From Promethearchaeia archaeon (GTDB lineage Archaea; Asgardarchaeota; Lokiarchaeia; Sigyniarchaeales; SOKP01), in NCBI GenBank assembly GCA_046497275.1, contig JAWOFX010000057.1, positions 60,001 to 92,000 of the forward strand: a stretch of 32,000 nucleotides of DNA. Reading direction: 5' to 3'. A program made the position numbers and the translations under genes. The notes under the pieces were generated by a model, which was not told the origin of the DNA, ran no database searches, and was given only the letters and a program-made list of their open reading frames with translations. Of this stretch, positions 1 through 8,216 are shown piece after piece (the first letter of the stretch is position 1; every line of letters begins with the position of its first letter).

Positions 1-942
1 CTTTCCATTATTTAATCTCAAAAGATTTTTTTCTTTAATAATTTTTCCAATAATATTTGCTTGTAAACCAAAATCCTTAAAAATGTCGACCATACTTTCA
101 CAATCTTCCCTCTGAGCTGTTAGAACATATGATGTGGTCAAATACATTTTCGAATACATAGTTAAATCATAGTTAGCTTCCTTAAGAATAGGAGGGATTT
201 CAATCTTATTAATATCAATATCCGCCCCGACATTCGAATATTTAATTAACTGTAATATAGTGCCAAAAATCCCCCCATTTGAAATATCTTTAGAGGCATT
301 TGCAAGATGTTTTTCAGCAATGGTATTCATTGATTTTCTTTTTCTTAAAACTTCTTCAGAAGTCTTAAATGTGGTTGTATCAAAAAAGAATTTACTAGCT
401 TTTCCAATCTTTCCATCAAAATCGGTGGCTAATATTATATAATCTCCAATTCGAGCTCCTCCCGCTGAAATATAATCTTCCTTTTTTATTTCACCAATCA
501 TTGTTGAGCTTAATTCGTAGCATACACCGTTTGTATTGGTGTGTCCTCTTATAATGGGAACTTTAAATTTATTTGATCCCTCACATATTCCTTGAAGTAT
601 TTGTTTTCCTATTTCTTCCTTTTTATAAGAGAGAATAATGCTTGCACCTAACGGAATCCCTCCACATGCGTATATATCATCAACACTAACTAAGATACTA
701 CTAAAGCCGGCTCCAAAAGGATAATTTTCAATAAATGAAGTAATAATACGATCAGTTGTAATAAGAGTATATGTCTCACCATCTCGTATAGCTGCAGAGT
801 CTTCACCGATATCAGAAAAAATCCGTTCGCTTTTATAGCTATTCGAGTCTATATATTGGACAATGGGATTAATTTCCTTTTTTTGAATTATATTTTTATT
901 ATTTCTAATTGAATCTGCTAGTTCTCTTAATTTTTCAACCAT
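1..942 (-). CDS. AIR synthase-related protein (PurM/ThiL/HypE/SelD fold; methanogenesis marker 2 / sll0787-like), 3' end runs off the window
   Basis: Not in the ORF track. Manual translation from ATG at 942 is open for 314 codons to position 1: MVEKLRELADSIRNNK...IGEDSAAI..., LITTD, VSVDDIYACGGIPL, IIRGHT, ASKDISNGGIFGTILQLIKYSNVGADID. These are the GxDxA, D-x-x-A-x-GG, GHT and KDIS-x-GG motifs of this family. Confidence 0.8.
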   Translation of the reverse strand, partial: MVEKLRELADSIRNNKNIIQKKEINPIVQYIDSNSYKSERIFSDIGEDSAAIRDGETYTLITTDRIITSFIENYPFGAGFSSILVSVDDIYACGGIPLGASIILSYKKEEIGKQILQGICEGSNKFKVPIIRGHTNTNGVCYELSSTMIGEIKKEDYISAGGARIGDYIILATDFDGKIGKASKFFFDTTTFKTSEEVLRKRKSMNTIAEKHLANASKDISNGGIFGTILQLIKYSNVGADIDINKIEIPPILKEANYDLTMYSKMYLTTSYVLTAQREDCESMVDIFKDFGLQANIIGKIIKEKNLLRLNNGK

Positions 943-1130
943 TCTTTTATTCAATTTAAAAAAATCTTTATTGAGTTATAATTTTTAGTTTTTCAAGAAA
1001 ACTGTTTTTCTGTGTGAAATGATTAAATCGTTAATGATATTAATTTTTAAAATAAACTTATTAAATAAGATTTTTACATAGAATATTAAGACTACCAATA
1101 ATCAATTCAAAATAATGGACATAACTGAAA

Positions 1131-2636
1131 ATGGAAAATCTGTTTAAATCCTCAATAATCAAAGGTTTGGTTTTTTGTATTCATGATGATATTGGTCCGC
1201 AGCCAAAATATATGTGGCCAAATGCCGTCCCTGATGAACAAGTGGATAATAAGATCCCAATAAAAGAAGGAATATTGAGATTATCATATCAAAATTACAT
1301 GCAGATCGCTATTAAGAATTTGAGTCTGTTACTAAGTGATGAAATGATCTCAAAAAAAGCGATAAAAGATAAAAATATTGAATACTTTGCCATTGTGCCC
1401 TATCCTGATTATTATTTAACATCTTTAACATATTTTCATTATCTAAATATAAAAAAGAGAGAATATCCTATAGAAACGGCTTTTTCCTTGCTCATTAAGG
1501 AAAATAGAAGAAATTTTTTATACAATAATCATAACAGAATTAAAAACCTTATAACTGATTACTTTAAAATCATAGATGAAAGGCTGATAAATGGATTTAT
1601 TCCTCAAGAAGAATTAGAAAAAGATTTTAAAGATCTTTTAAAGGATTTAATCAAAATTGAGACTCAACCTTCAACTCCAGCGACAACACAGCGAAAAATG
1701 AAGATTATTTTAGCAGGCTTAGATGATTCGGGAAAAACTTCCTTTATATTTTCGATAGATAGAAAATTCTCTAAATTAATGGGGTTGAATCCTACAATGG
1801 GGGCAAAGGTTCAATCTATACAGGCATTAGGAGCCACTCTGTTTCTTTGGGATCTTGGGGGTCAAACTCATTTTCGGGAGAGTTATTTAACAAAATCCCA
1901 GATTTACATTTATGAATCTGACTTAATTTTTTATTTCATTGATTTGAAAAATGAAGAGAGATTCGAGGAAAGTTTAACCTATTTCAAGAATATTTATGAG
2001 ATCCTTCAAACAAAATTAGAGCAAGATACTCCTATTATATTTATTTTTTCTAAAGGAGATCCTGATATTCTCAAATCAAAAAAAATTCATCAAAATATAA
2101 AATTTCTCCAATCAGAACTTAAAAAAATCATCGGAGATAGATTCGAATTCTATATTACAAGTATATTTCAGATTGAATCCATTCTAAGAGCTTTCAGCGC
2201 TGGTATCTCTAAACTTAGCCCCAATCGAGAAATAATTGATCTCAATTTGAAAAAATTCCTAAAAGCTACAAAATCATATATTATGTTATTACTGAGCAAT
2301 GAGGGATTGGTTTTAGCAGATCACTATTCGAAAAAAGCAGCAAACTTTCTTAATCATCAGAGACCAACAGAGATCATTCAAGATGTGTTCGAAATAACAG
2401 CCCCACAATTTACTATGCTATTCAAAATATTTTATAAATTCAAGGCTTTGAAGAAAGATGAGGCTAGCTTTGAATTAGCAGATTCTATTATATTTATCAA
2501 AAAATTGAGTATTGTTGATAATGATACTTTTGTTTTGTTCTTAATAGATGAAAGAGAGAAGAAAGACAAAATAAATTCATTATTGCCCAAGTTTACAAAA
2601 AGAATTACAGATCTATTGACTACTTATATTGCTTAA
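1131..2636 (+). CDS. Multidomain small GTPase: N-terminal longin/uDENN-like domain + Rag/Gtr1-like GTPase + C-terminal roadblock-like domain
   Basis: G1 AGLDDSGKTS, G2 PTMG, G3 WDLGGQ, G4 variant SKGD, G5 TSIF (Rag-type TSI[WYF]). The C-terminus ISKLSPNREIIDLNLKKF...LLLSNEGLVLADH resembles the RagA/Gtr1 roadblock domain. Confidence 0.8.
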   Translation: MENLFKSSIIKGLVFCIHDDIGPQPKYMWPNAVPDEQVDNKIPIKEGILRLSYQNYMQIAIKNLSLLLSDEMISKKAIKDKNIEYFAIVPYPDYYLTSLTYFHYLNIKKREYPIETAFSLLIKENRRNFLYNNHNRIKNLITDYFKIIDERLINGFIPQEELEKDFKDLLKDLIKIETQPSTPATTQRKMKIILAGLDDSGKTSFIFSIDRKFSKLMGLNPTMGAKVQSIQALGATLFLWDLGGQTHFRESYLTKSQIYIYESDLIFYFIDLKNEERFEESLTYFKNIYEILQTKLEQDTPIIFIFSKGDPDILKSKKIHQNIKFLQSELKKIIGDRFEFYITSIFQIESILRAFSAGISKLSPNREIIDLNLKKFLKATKSYIMLLLSNEGLVLADHYSKKAANFLNHQRPTEIIQDVFEITAPQFTMLFKIFYKFKALKKDEASFELADSIIFIKKLSIVDNDTFVLFLIDEREKKDKINSLLPKFTKRITDLLTTYIA

Positions 2637-3535
2637 AAAATCTTTTTCAATGGAGATAGGTCTGAAATATTCTTTCTGAGAACTCTTTTTCTATAATATG
2701 ATCGCATACCTGAAATAAGAGCCATTGAAGGAACCACGCAAGAAGCAAATTTAATTGGCCCAAACAGAATGAAATCTGCACCAGCATCCATTGCATTTAT
2801 CATAATCGATGAGATTGCTCCGCATCTTGCTTTATCACCATAATGTTTTATAAATTCCCATCCATAAATCGCATTAGAAGGAGCATAACCCGTTGGAAGA
2901 CCTAATTCTTGTTTAACCAATTTACATGTCTCAAAATTAATAGATACGGAAGGTAAATCTAAAACTGCGGTATCTACAATATAATTCTTAAGGCCTGCCT
3001 TTTCGGCTTTTGGAATTAATTGATCTCTCAATAATTTAATTTTTGATTTAGGATAAATAGCTCTGATTCCAAAGGTCAGTAATACGGCATTTTTAACTCC
3101 AATCTCTCTTATTTTGAGTATATTTTCTTCAGTTGTATTTTCATCAATACTATTTAAAATTGCCCTATCCAATAATCCGATCTCTTTAAGTCCTTTCATA
3201 GCAGGAATTCTTATCTCATCATTTAAACCATCAACTAAAAAGGGAACATCCACTATATCGGCTACAAACTCACATTCTTTTATTAATGCATCTGGATATG
3301 CTCCCACTACATCAATTATCGCTTGAATATTATTTTCTTCTGTAATATTTATAAAATTATTTAATTCTTGTTCTACGATTTCCTTATCAAATTTTCCTGT
3401 TTTTTCATCCTTTAACGCAGGGTGTTTTGAGTAGAATACCGACCCAATCGCTACAACAGGATTAACTCCCGGTTGTCCTCCGATTTTAACATTGGCAATT
3501 TCGATTATTTTTTGTTCTTTCTCATACTCTAACAT
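2633..3535 (-). CDS. mtrH: Tetrahydromethanopterin S-methyltransferase subunit H family (MtrH/MtgA-like) methyltransferase
   Basis: N-terminal EKEQKIIEIANVKIGGQPG.NP...IGSVFY..H, plus RAILNSI, IVDTAVL, GLPTG.APSN and GADFILFGPI, all typical of MtrH. Its stop overlaps the convergent GTPase stop in a shared TTAA (2633-2636). Confidence 0.88.
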   Translation of the reverse strand: MLEYEKEQKIIEIANVKIGGQPGVNPVVAIGSVFYSKHPALKDEKTGKFDKEIVEQELNNFINITEENNIQAIIDVVGAYPDALIKECEFVADIVDVPFLVDGLNDEIRIPAMKGLKEIGLLDRAILNSIDENTTEENILKIREIGVKNAVLLTFGIRAIYPKSKIKLLRDQLIPKAEKAGLKNYIVDTAVLDLPSVSINFETCKLVKQELGLPTGYAPSNAIYGWEFIKHYGDKARCGAISSIMINAMDAGADFILFGPIKFASCVVPSMALISGMRSYYRKRVLRKNISDLSPLKKIF

Positions 3536-3583
3536 AATTTAAGCAATTCGTTTAAGAATTTAAAATATATCTTTCGCAAACTA

Positions 3584-4609
3584 TTAATCTTCTAATAGCT
3601 CGTCTAATTTTTCTTTAAAAAATTTAGCTTTTTCAGATTCAGGATTTCTCTTTATCGCTTTTTCTATATATTTTCTCGCATCTTTAAAATCTGACAAATA
3701 AAAATGATTTAATCCAACTCCAAATAAATATTCGAATCTTTCTTTATCCTTCTTAATTAAAATCTCATATATATCAAGGGATTTTCGATATTCCTCATTT
3801 GAAAAATAGGAGGTTGCCAGAAATTTCCATGCTTCAATATAGTTCGGGTCAATATCGATGATGATATTAAATGCTTCGATAGCATAAATATATTTTCCAG
3901 ATTCTTTATACGCAATTCCAAGATTATACCACGCATCTAAAAATTTATTATCTTTGTCAATGATATTATTCAATATCCGTATAGCGCGTTCATATTTTTC
4001 CTTGTGGATAGCGATAATTGCTAGTGAATTAAGAGCTTTAAGATCTTCATGGGAAAATTGCAAGATTTTATTACAGATTCTCTCAAGCTCTGTGTAATTT
4101 TCAATCTCTTGATATATTGCTCTGGAAGAATGCAAGGCGTCAATATAACTAGGATCAATTTCTAATGCAACATTATATTGTTTTAATGCTTTATCTAGTT
4201 CTCCGATCGCCTCATAACAAGAGCCTAATAAATAAAATAGATTAGGATTATTTGGACTTTTTTTTGTGAGATTTTCGAAAATCTCTATAGCTTTTTCATA
4301 CTTCTCAAGGTTTCTATATGCTATTCCTAAAGAAGTTTCTATTGCGGGTAACCACTCTCCTATTTTCTCTTTATTTTCAATCAACTTTTTCGAGATCTTA
4401 ATTATTTCATCGTTTTTATCAATTTTGATTGATTTTAGCATAAGATCTAAGATAACTTCCATATTTAATCGAGAGATTTCCAACTTTTCTTTTTTGAAAA
4501 ATTCTAAAAGATACATAAGAGATTTTTCAAATTCTTTATTATCATAATAAAATCTACTTAATTCTAAGAGATCGTTTAATTTTTTTTTGTCTTCTTGATT
4601 AGTGTTCAT
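3584..4609 (-). CDS. Tetratricopeptide repeat protein
   Basis: Multiple 34-aa TPR units, e.g. LGIAYRNLEKYEKAIEIFE, LGSCYEAIGELDKALKQYNVALEIDP, AWYNLGIAYKESGKYIYAIEAF. Confidence 0.9.
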   Translation of the reverse strand: MNTNQEDKKKLNDLLELSRFYYDNKEFEKSLMYLLEFFKKEKLEISRLNMEVILDLMLKSIKIDKNDEIIKISKKLIENKEKIGEWLPAIETSLGIAYRNLEKYEKAIEIFENLTKKSPNNPNLFYLLGSCYEAIGELDKALKQYNVALEIDPSYIDALHSSRAIYQEIENYTELERICNKILQFSHEDLKALNSLAIIAIHKEKYERAIRILNNIIDKDNKFLDAWYNLGIAYKESGKYIYAIEAFNIIIDIDPNYIEAWKFLATSYFSNEEYRKSLDIYEILIKKDKERFEYLFGVGLNHFYLSDFKDARKYIEKAIKRNPESEKAKFFKEKLDELLED

Positions 4610-4668
4610 TATCAGTATATGCTATTGTTTGGTATAAAATTTTTTTAACCTTTAATCGCACATGAATT

Positions 4669-5775
4669 TTAATGTCCTTTTGAATTCTTCTTTATTTTTT
4701 GTTTTAGGAGTGTAAATGAATAAATAATGCTTATAATGAATTCTGGGATCCATTTATGCATCAAAAGAACAATTATCGCAGCAATAAAGGAACTTGCGGC
4801 ACTAATTGAATAGTGAATAGAATCCCATGGATATCCGATATAATATAAATAAATCTGAATGATCATTCTGAGGATATTTACAACGTAAAAAATAACGGAG
4901 GAGATGACTAGAGATTTTGTTTTTCTCCATAGAATGTCTCTGTTTGTTTCCTTATCTCTGCTATGCGGAGTGAAAATGATAACTCCAGCAAATACACATA
5001 TAGCTTGGACTCCGGTACAAAAAGTCTGGAAGAAAATCGGAGACTGACTGCCAATATTAATGAAACTCCACTCATATGACCCTCCCGGATTGTATTGAGC
5101 TTCCACTCCCATATTAAAGAGGAAATTCAAAAAATATACTGTTTGTTTCACAACAATTTCATGAAGCCAATAATTTATTTCTAAATCAAAAAATAAATAA
5201 ATAAGATATGCAGAGACAGGCGCACCTATCGCTAAGATTAGTAATGATTCAATAGAAAAGCTATATTTTTTATCTTCATATTCGATAATAGGTTTATCTC
5301 CTTTTATTTCTTCAGATAAAGAATCTTTAGAGGGGGTATCATCTAAACTAAAATCAGATAAGTAGAATTGAAATCGATTTAAAATTACATAATGTAATAT
5401 AATGAGCATGGGAAGCATAATAATTGGAAAAAAAATCCTACTATTTGATTCCATAAATGGTTGATATACTCCAATAATAAACCCAAAAAGTAAATTGAGG
5501 GTGGAATAAACTAAAATTAAAATCTCTTTTCTAAAGGTGATTTCCTGTTTGAATTTATATGATTTTAATAAAAATATATTCACAATTAAGGGCAATAAAA
5601 TCAATATATATAAATAAGAAAGTTCCGGAAAAAAAATCGAACCAAGATATCCAATAAAATAAGCTATAAATAAATTTAAAGTAAATAAACCCCAAAAAAG
5701 GATCTTTTTTATAGTTAGTCTTTTGTTAACCATGATATTTAAAAATATAAATGAGTAAGCATGGAAATATTCCAT
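4669..5775 (-). CDS. Archaeosortase/exosortase family intramembrane transpeptidase with an extra N-terminal multi-TM domain
   Basis: The C-terminal half has the catalytic Cys (FQTFCTG), Arg (VNILR) and His (IHY) within TM helices. The N-terminal about 130 aa are 4 more hydrophobic helices. The true start may be the ATG at 5733 (MVNKRL). Confidence 0.8.
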   Translation of the reverse strand: MEYFHAYSFIFLNIMVNKRLTIKKILFWGLFTLNLFIAYFIGYLGSIFFPELSYLYILILLPLIVNIFLLKSYKFKQEITFRKEILILVYSTLNLLFGFIIGVYQPFMESNSRIFFPIIMLPMLIILHYVILNRFQFYLSDFSLDDTPSKDSLSEEIKGDKPIIEYEDKKYSFSIESLLILAIGAPVSAYLIYLFFDLEINYWLHEIVVKQTVYFLNFLFNMGVEAQYNPGGSYEWSFINIGSQSPIFFQTFCTGVQAICVFAGVIIFTPHSRDKETNRDILWRKTKSLVISSVIFYVVNILRMIIQIYLYYIGYPWDSIHYSISAASSFIAAIIVLLMHKWIPEFIISIIYSFTLLKQKIKKNSKGH

Positions 5776-5794
5776 TCCTAAAAAAATTTCTATC

Positions 5795-5820
5795 TCATCT
5801 TATAGAGTTAAATAAGATGA
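5795..5820. promoter_or_regulatory. Inverted repeat in the divergent archaeosortase/TBP promoter region
   Basis: TCATCTTAT (5795-5803), 8-nt spacer, ATAAGATGA (5812-5820): a perfect 9-bp inverted repeat overlapping a TTAAATA TATA-like element. Confidence 0.4.
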
Positions 5821-5877
5821 TATCATAAATACTTAATAAAGCGAAACTTTAATCATTTAATTCTTTGCGAATCTGCT

Positions 5878-6459
5878 ATGGAAATGCTTTCCAATAAAGA
5901 TGCCAATGAATTGACTTATACAATTCAAAATATTGTGGCAAAATCATATTTGGAACAAAAAATAGATTTGGATCAAATCTCAAAAAAAATTGATAATGTT
6001 CAATATAATGCAAAGACTTTTCCTGGTTTATTCATACGATATTCAGAACCTAAATCCCTTATTATTCTTTTCAAAACTGGAAGGTTAGTTCTTACGGGTC
6101 TCCTAAAGTTCATTCATATTCATACTGTATTGGAAAAACTGATTCTTGACATAACTAATAAAACTGATTATAAAATTAACGTCGATTTACTCAGAACGGA
6201 AATAGTTAATATCGTGATCACTGCAAATTACTATAAAAGAATAGATTTAAATCTCGCAACAATAAGACTAAGAAATGCACTATATGAACCCGAAATTTTT
6301 CCAGGAGTTATATTTCAGAATACAAAGCCATATAAAGGGGTTTTTTTAGTTTTTAGTACAGGAAAAGTGGTCTTGACAGGTATTAAGAAAAAAGACAATA
6401 TTGAACCTTTGCTTATTTTCTTAGGAAAACTGTTAAAAGAGAAAAAACTTTTTCTGTAA
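5878..6459 (+). CDS. tbp: TATA-box-binding protein (divergent)
   Basis: Two TBP repeats: IQNIVA...FPGLFIRYSEPK...LFKTGRLVLTG and IVNIVIT...YEPEIFPGVIF...LVFSTGKVVLTG. All four intercalating Phe positions are kept. Confidence 0.92.
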   Translation: MEMLSNKDANELTYTIQNIVAKSYLEQKIDLDQISKKIDNVQYNAKTFPGLFIRYSEPKSLIILFKTGRLVLTGLLKFIHIHTVLEKLILDITNKTDYKINVDLLRTEIVNIVITANYYKRIDLNLATIRLRNALYEPEIFPGVIFQNTKPYKGVFLVFSTGKVVLTGIKKKDNIEPLLIFLGKLLKEKKLFL

Positions 6460-6687
6460 CACTCTCAAATTAATCGAGAAATTTCTTTAAATTCAAAATA
6501 TTCAATTAATGATAAGGAGTTGGATAGGCTTCTTTAAAATTATATTAAAAAAATCTTGTCTATAAAATATTCTGATATAGCACCAAATAATAATAACAAG
6601 AATAAAATTTTTTTTTAAAAATTAATTATTTCTAATGGGAATTATTAATTTAATTATAATTAACACAAAAGAAAAGGAGAAATCATA

Positions 6688-7398
6688 ATGTCGGAAGAAG
6701 AAAATCAAAATCAAAATTCTGATGAAAAAGAAACCTCTAAAGAAATAAATCAAGAAGAAAAAGAGGAGAAAAAGTCTAGATTTACCTTTAAATGTACTCG
6801 TTGTGATGCTTGTTGTAAAGAAAGAGGTCCGATCCCAATTACATTATGGGATCTCGAGCTCTGGGCTCGTAATGGCGTATTGGCAAATTTTTTACCCTAT
6901 TTAGAAGTATATACTCGACCTAATGGAACAGTTGATTTGATATTAAAACCATTGCTTAGCGAAAAAGAAGAGAAAACCGAAGAATCTCCAGAAGAAGCTC
7001 TCAAAAAAACACCTTTAGAAGATCTACTGAATGAAAAGTGTCCACTTTATAACAAAGAACAAGAAAAATGTCTTGTATATGAAAATCGCCCCTTAAGCTG
7101 TAGAACTTATCCTTTAGATTATGATGGCACGCATTTTAGTATTGTTGATGTAGATTGTCCAGGAGTAGGTCAAGAGGGTATGACAAAGGAAGAATTAAAA
7201 GAAATGAGAGATACAGCGAAACAAATGAACTATGAACTCACCAGGATAAGGATTGCTTTACCAGTATTAAATCAAATTATCTCCAGAAATGTTATGATGG
7301 ATTTGATGCGGCAAAATATGGAAGCAATGAGTAAAATGAGCGATGAAGATCATCAAAAATTAGAAGAAATTTTTAAAGGTGCTCAAGAAGAACAATAG
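6688..7398 (+). CDS. YkgJ family (UPF0153) Cys-cluster Fe-S/Zn-binding protein
   Basis: FKCTRCDACC, CPLY....KCLVYENRPLSCRTYP and DCPG give the 8-Cys YkgJ pattern. Acidic low-complexity N-terminus. Confidence 0.85.
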   Translation: MSEEENQNQNSDEKETSKEINQEEKEEKKSRFTFKCTRCDACCKERGPIPITLWDLELWARNGVLANFLPYLEVYTRPNGTVDLILKPLLSEKEEKTEESPEEALKKTPLEDLLNEKCPLYNKEQEKCLVYENRPLSCRTYPLDYDGTHFSIVDVDCPGVGQEGMTKEELKEMRDTAKQMNYELTRIRIALPVLNQIISRNVMMDLMRQNMEAMSKMSDEDHQKLEEIFKGAQEEQ

Positions 7399-7519
7399 AT
7401 TTGTTTTTACCTCTTATTTATTATTCTCTTATACTTTTTATATTAACTTTTTGTAATAATTCAGATTATAAAATGTAAGATTTTTATATTAGGCTTAAAT
7501 TTTAATATCCAGATTAAAA

Positions 7520-8038
7520 ATGGATGAATTAAAAATTGATCATTCAAAAATCAGATTAGTTAAAGGAGATATAACTGAACTCGATGTAGATGCAATTGTG
7601 AATGCAGCAAATTCACAATTGATAATGGGTGGAGGTGTGGCAGGTTCTATTAGGAGTAAAGGAGGTCCAGAAATACAATCAGAAGCGAGTGAAAAAGCAC
7701 CTATATCTGTGGGAGGAGCAGTAATTACTACTGGGGGCAATCTCAAGGCAAGACATGTTATTCATGCTGTCGGACCCAGGCAAGGGGAAGGAAATGAAGA
7801 TGCTAAATTAGAAAATGCGACCTTAAACAGTTTAAAATTAATGGATAAACATAGTCTGAAAACTATAGCTTTTCCTGCAATTTCTACTGGAATTTTTGGC
7901 TATCCTATCGAGAAATGTGCGGAAATAATGATTTCCACCGCAAAAAGCTATTTGAAAGGAGATACTGATATTAAAGTGATTATTTTCTGTCTTTATACCC
8001 AAAAAGATTACGATGTGTTCAAAGAGAGACTTAAATAA
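7520..8038 (+). CDS. Macrodomain protein (MacroD/YmdB-like ADP-ribosylhydrolase)
   Basis: GDIT, AIVNAANSQLIMGGGVAGSI, VIHAVGP and AFPAISTGIFGYP motifs. Confidence 0.93.
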   Translation: MDELKIDHSKIRLVKGDITELDVDAIVNAANSQLIMGGGVAGSIRSKGGPEIQSEASEKAPISVGGAVITTGGNLKARHVIHAVGPRQGEGNEDAKLENATLNSLKLMDKHSLKTIAFPAISTGIFGYPIEKCAEIMISTAKSYLKGDTDIKVIIFCLYTQKDYDVFKERLK

Positions 8039-8216
8039 CGCAATTTCATTTTTTCCATTTTATCTTCTATTTTTTTCATATTTTAATTGAGTTCAAAAAT
8101 TGAATTATCTCTTAAGTCTCTTTAAAAATGCTTTTTTAAGGAATTAATAATAAAGTCTTTTTTGCATAATCTACTTACCTTATATTAATAATTATAAAAA
8201 AGTAAAAATTTAAGCT

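Noticed and set aside
267-276. AAATCCCCCC matching the tRNA 3' region (15683-15692) as a possible att site
   Set aside because: Only 10 nt and inside the conserved KDISNGGIF coding motif. No integrase nearby, so a chance match.
2633-2636. Shared TTAA stop overlap of convergent genes as an antisense regulatory device
   Set aside because: Common in compact AT-rich archaeal genomes. No further evidence.
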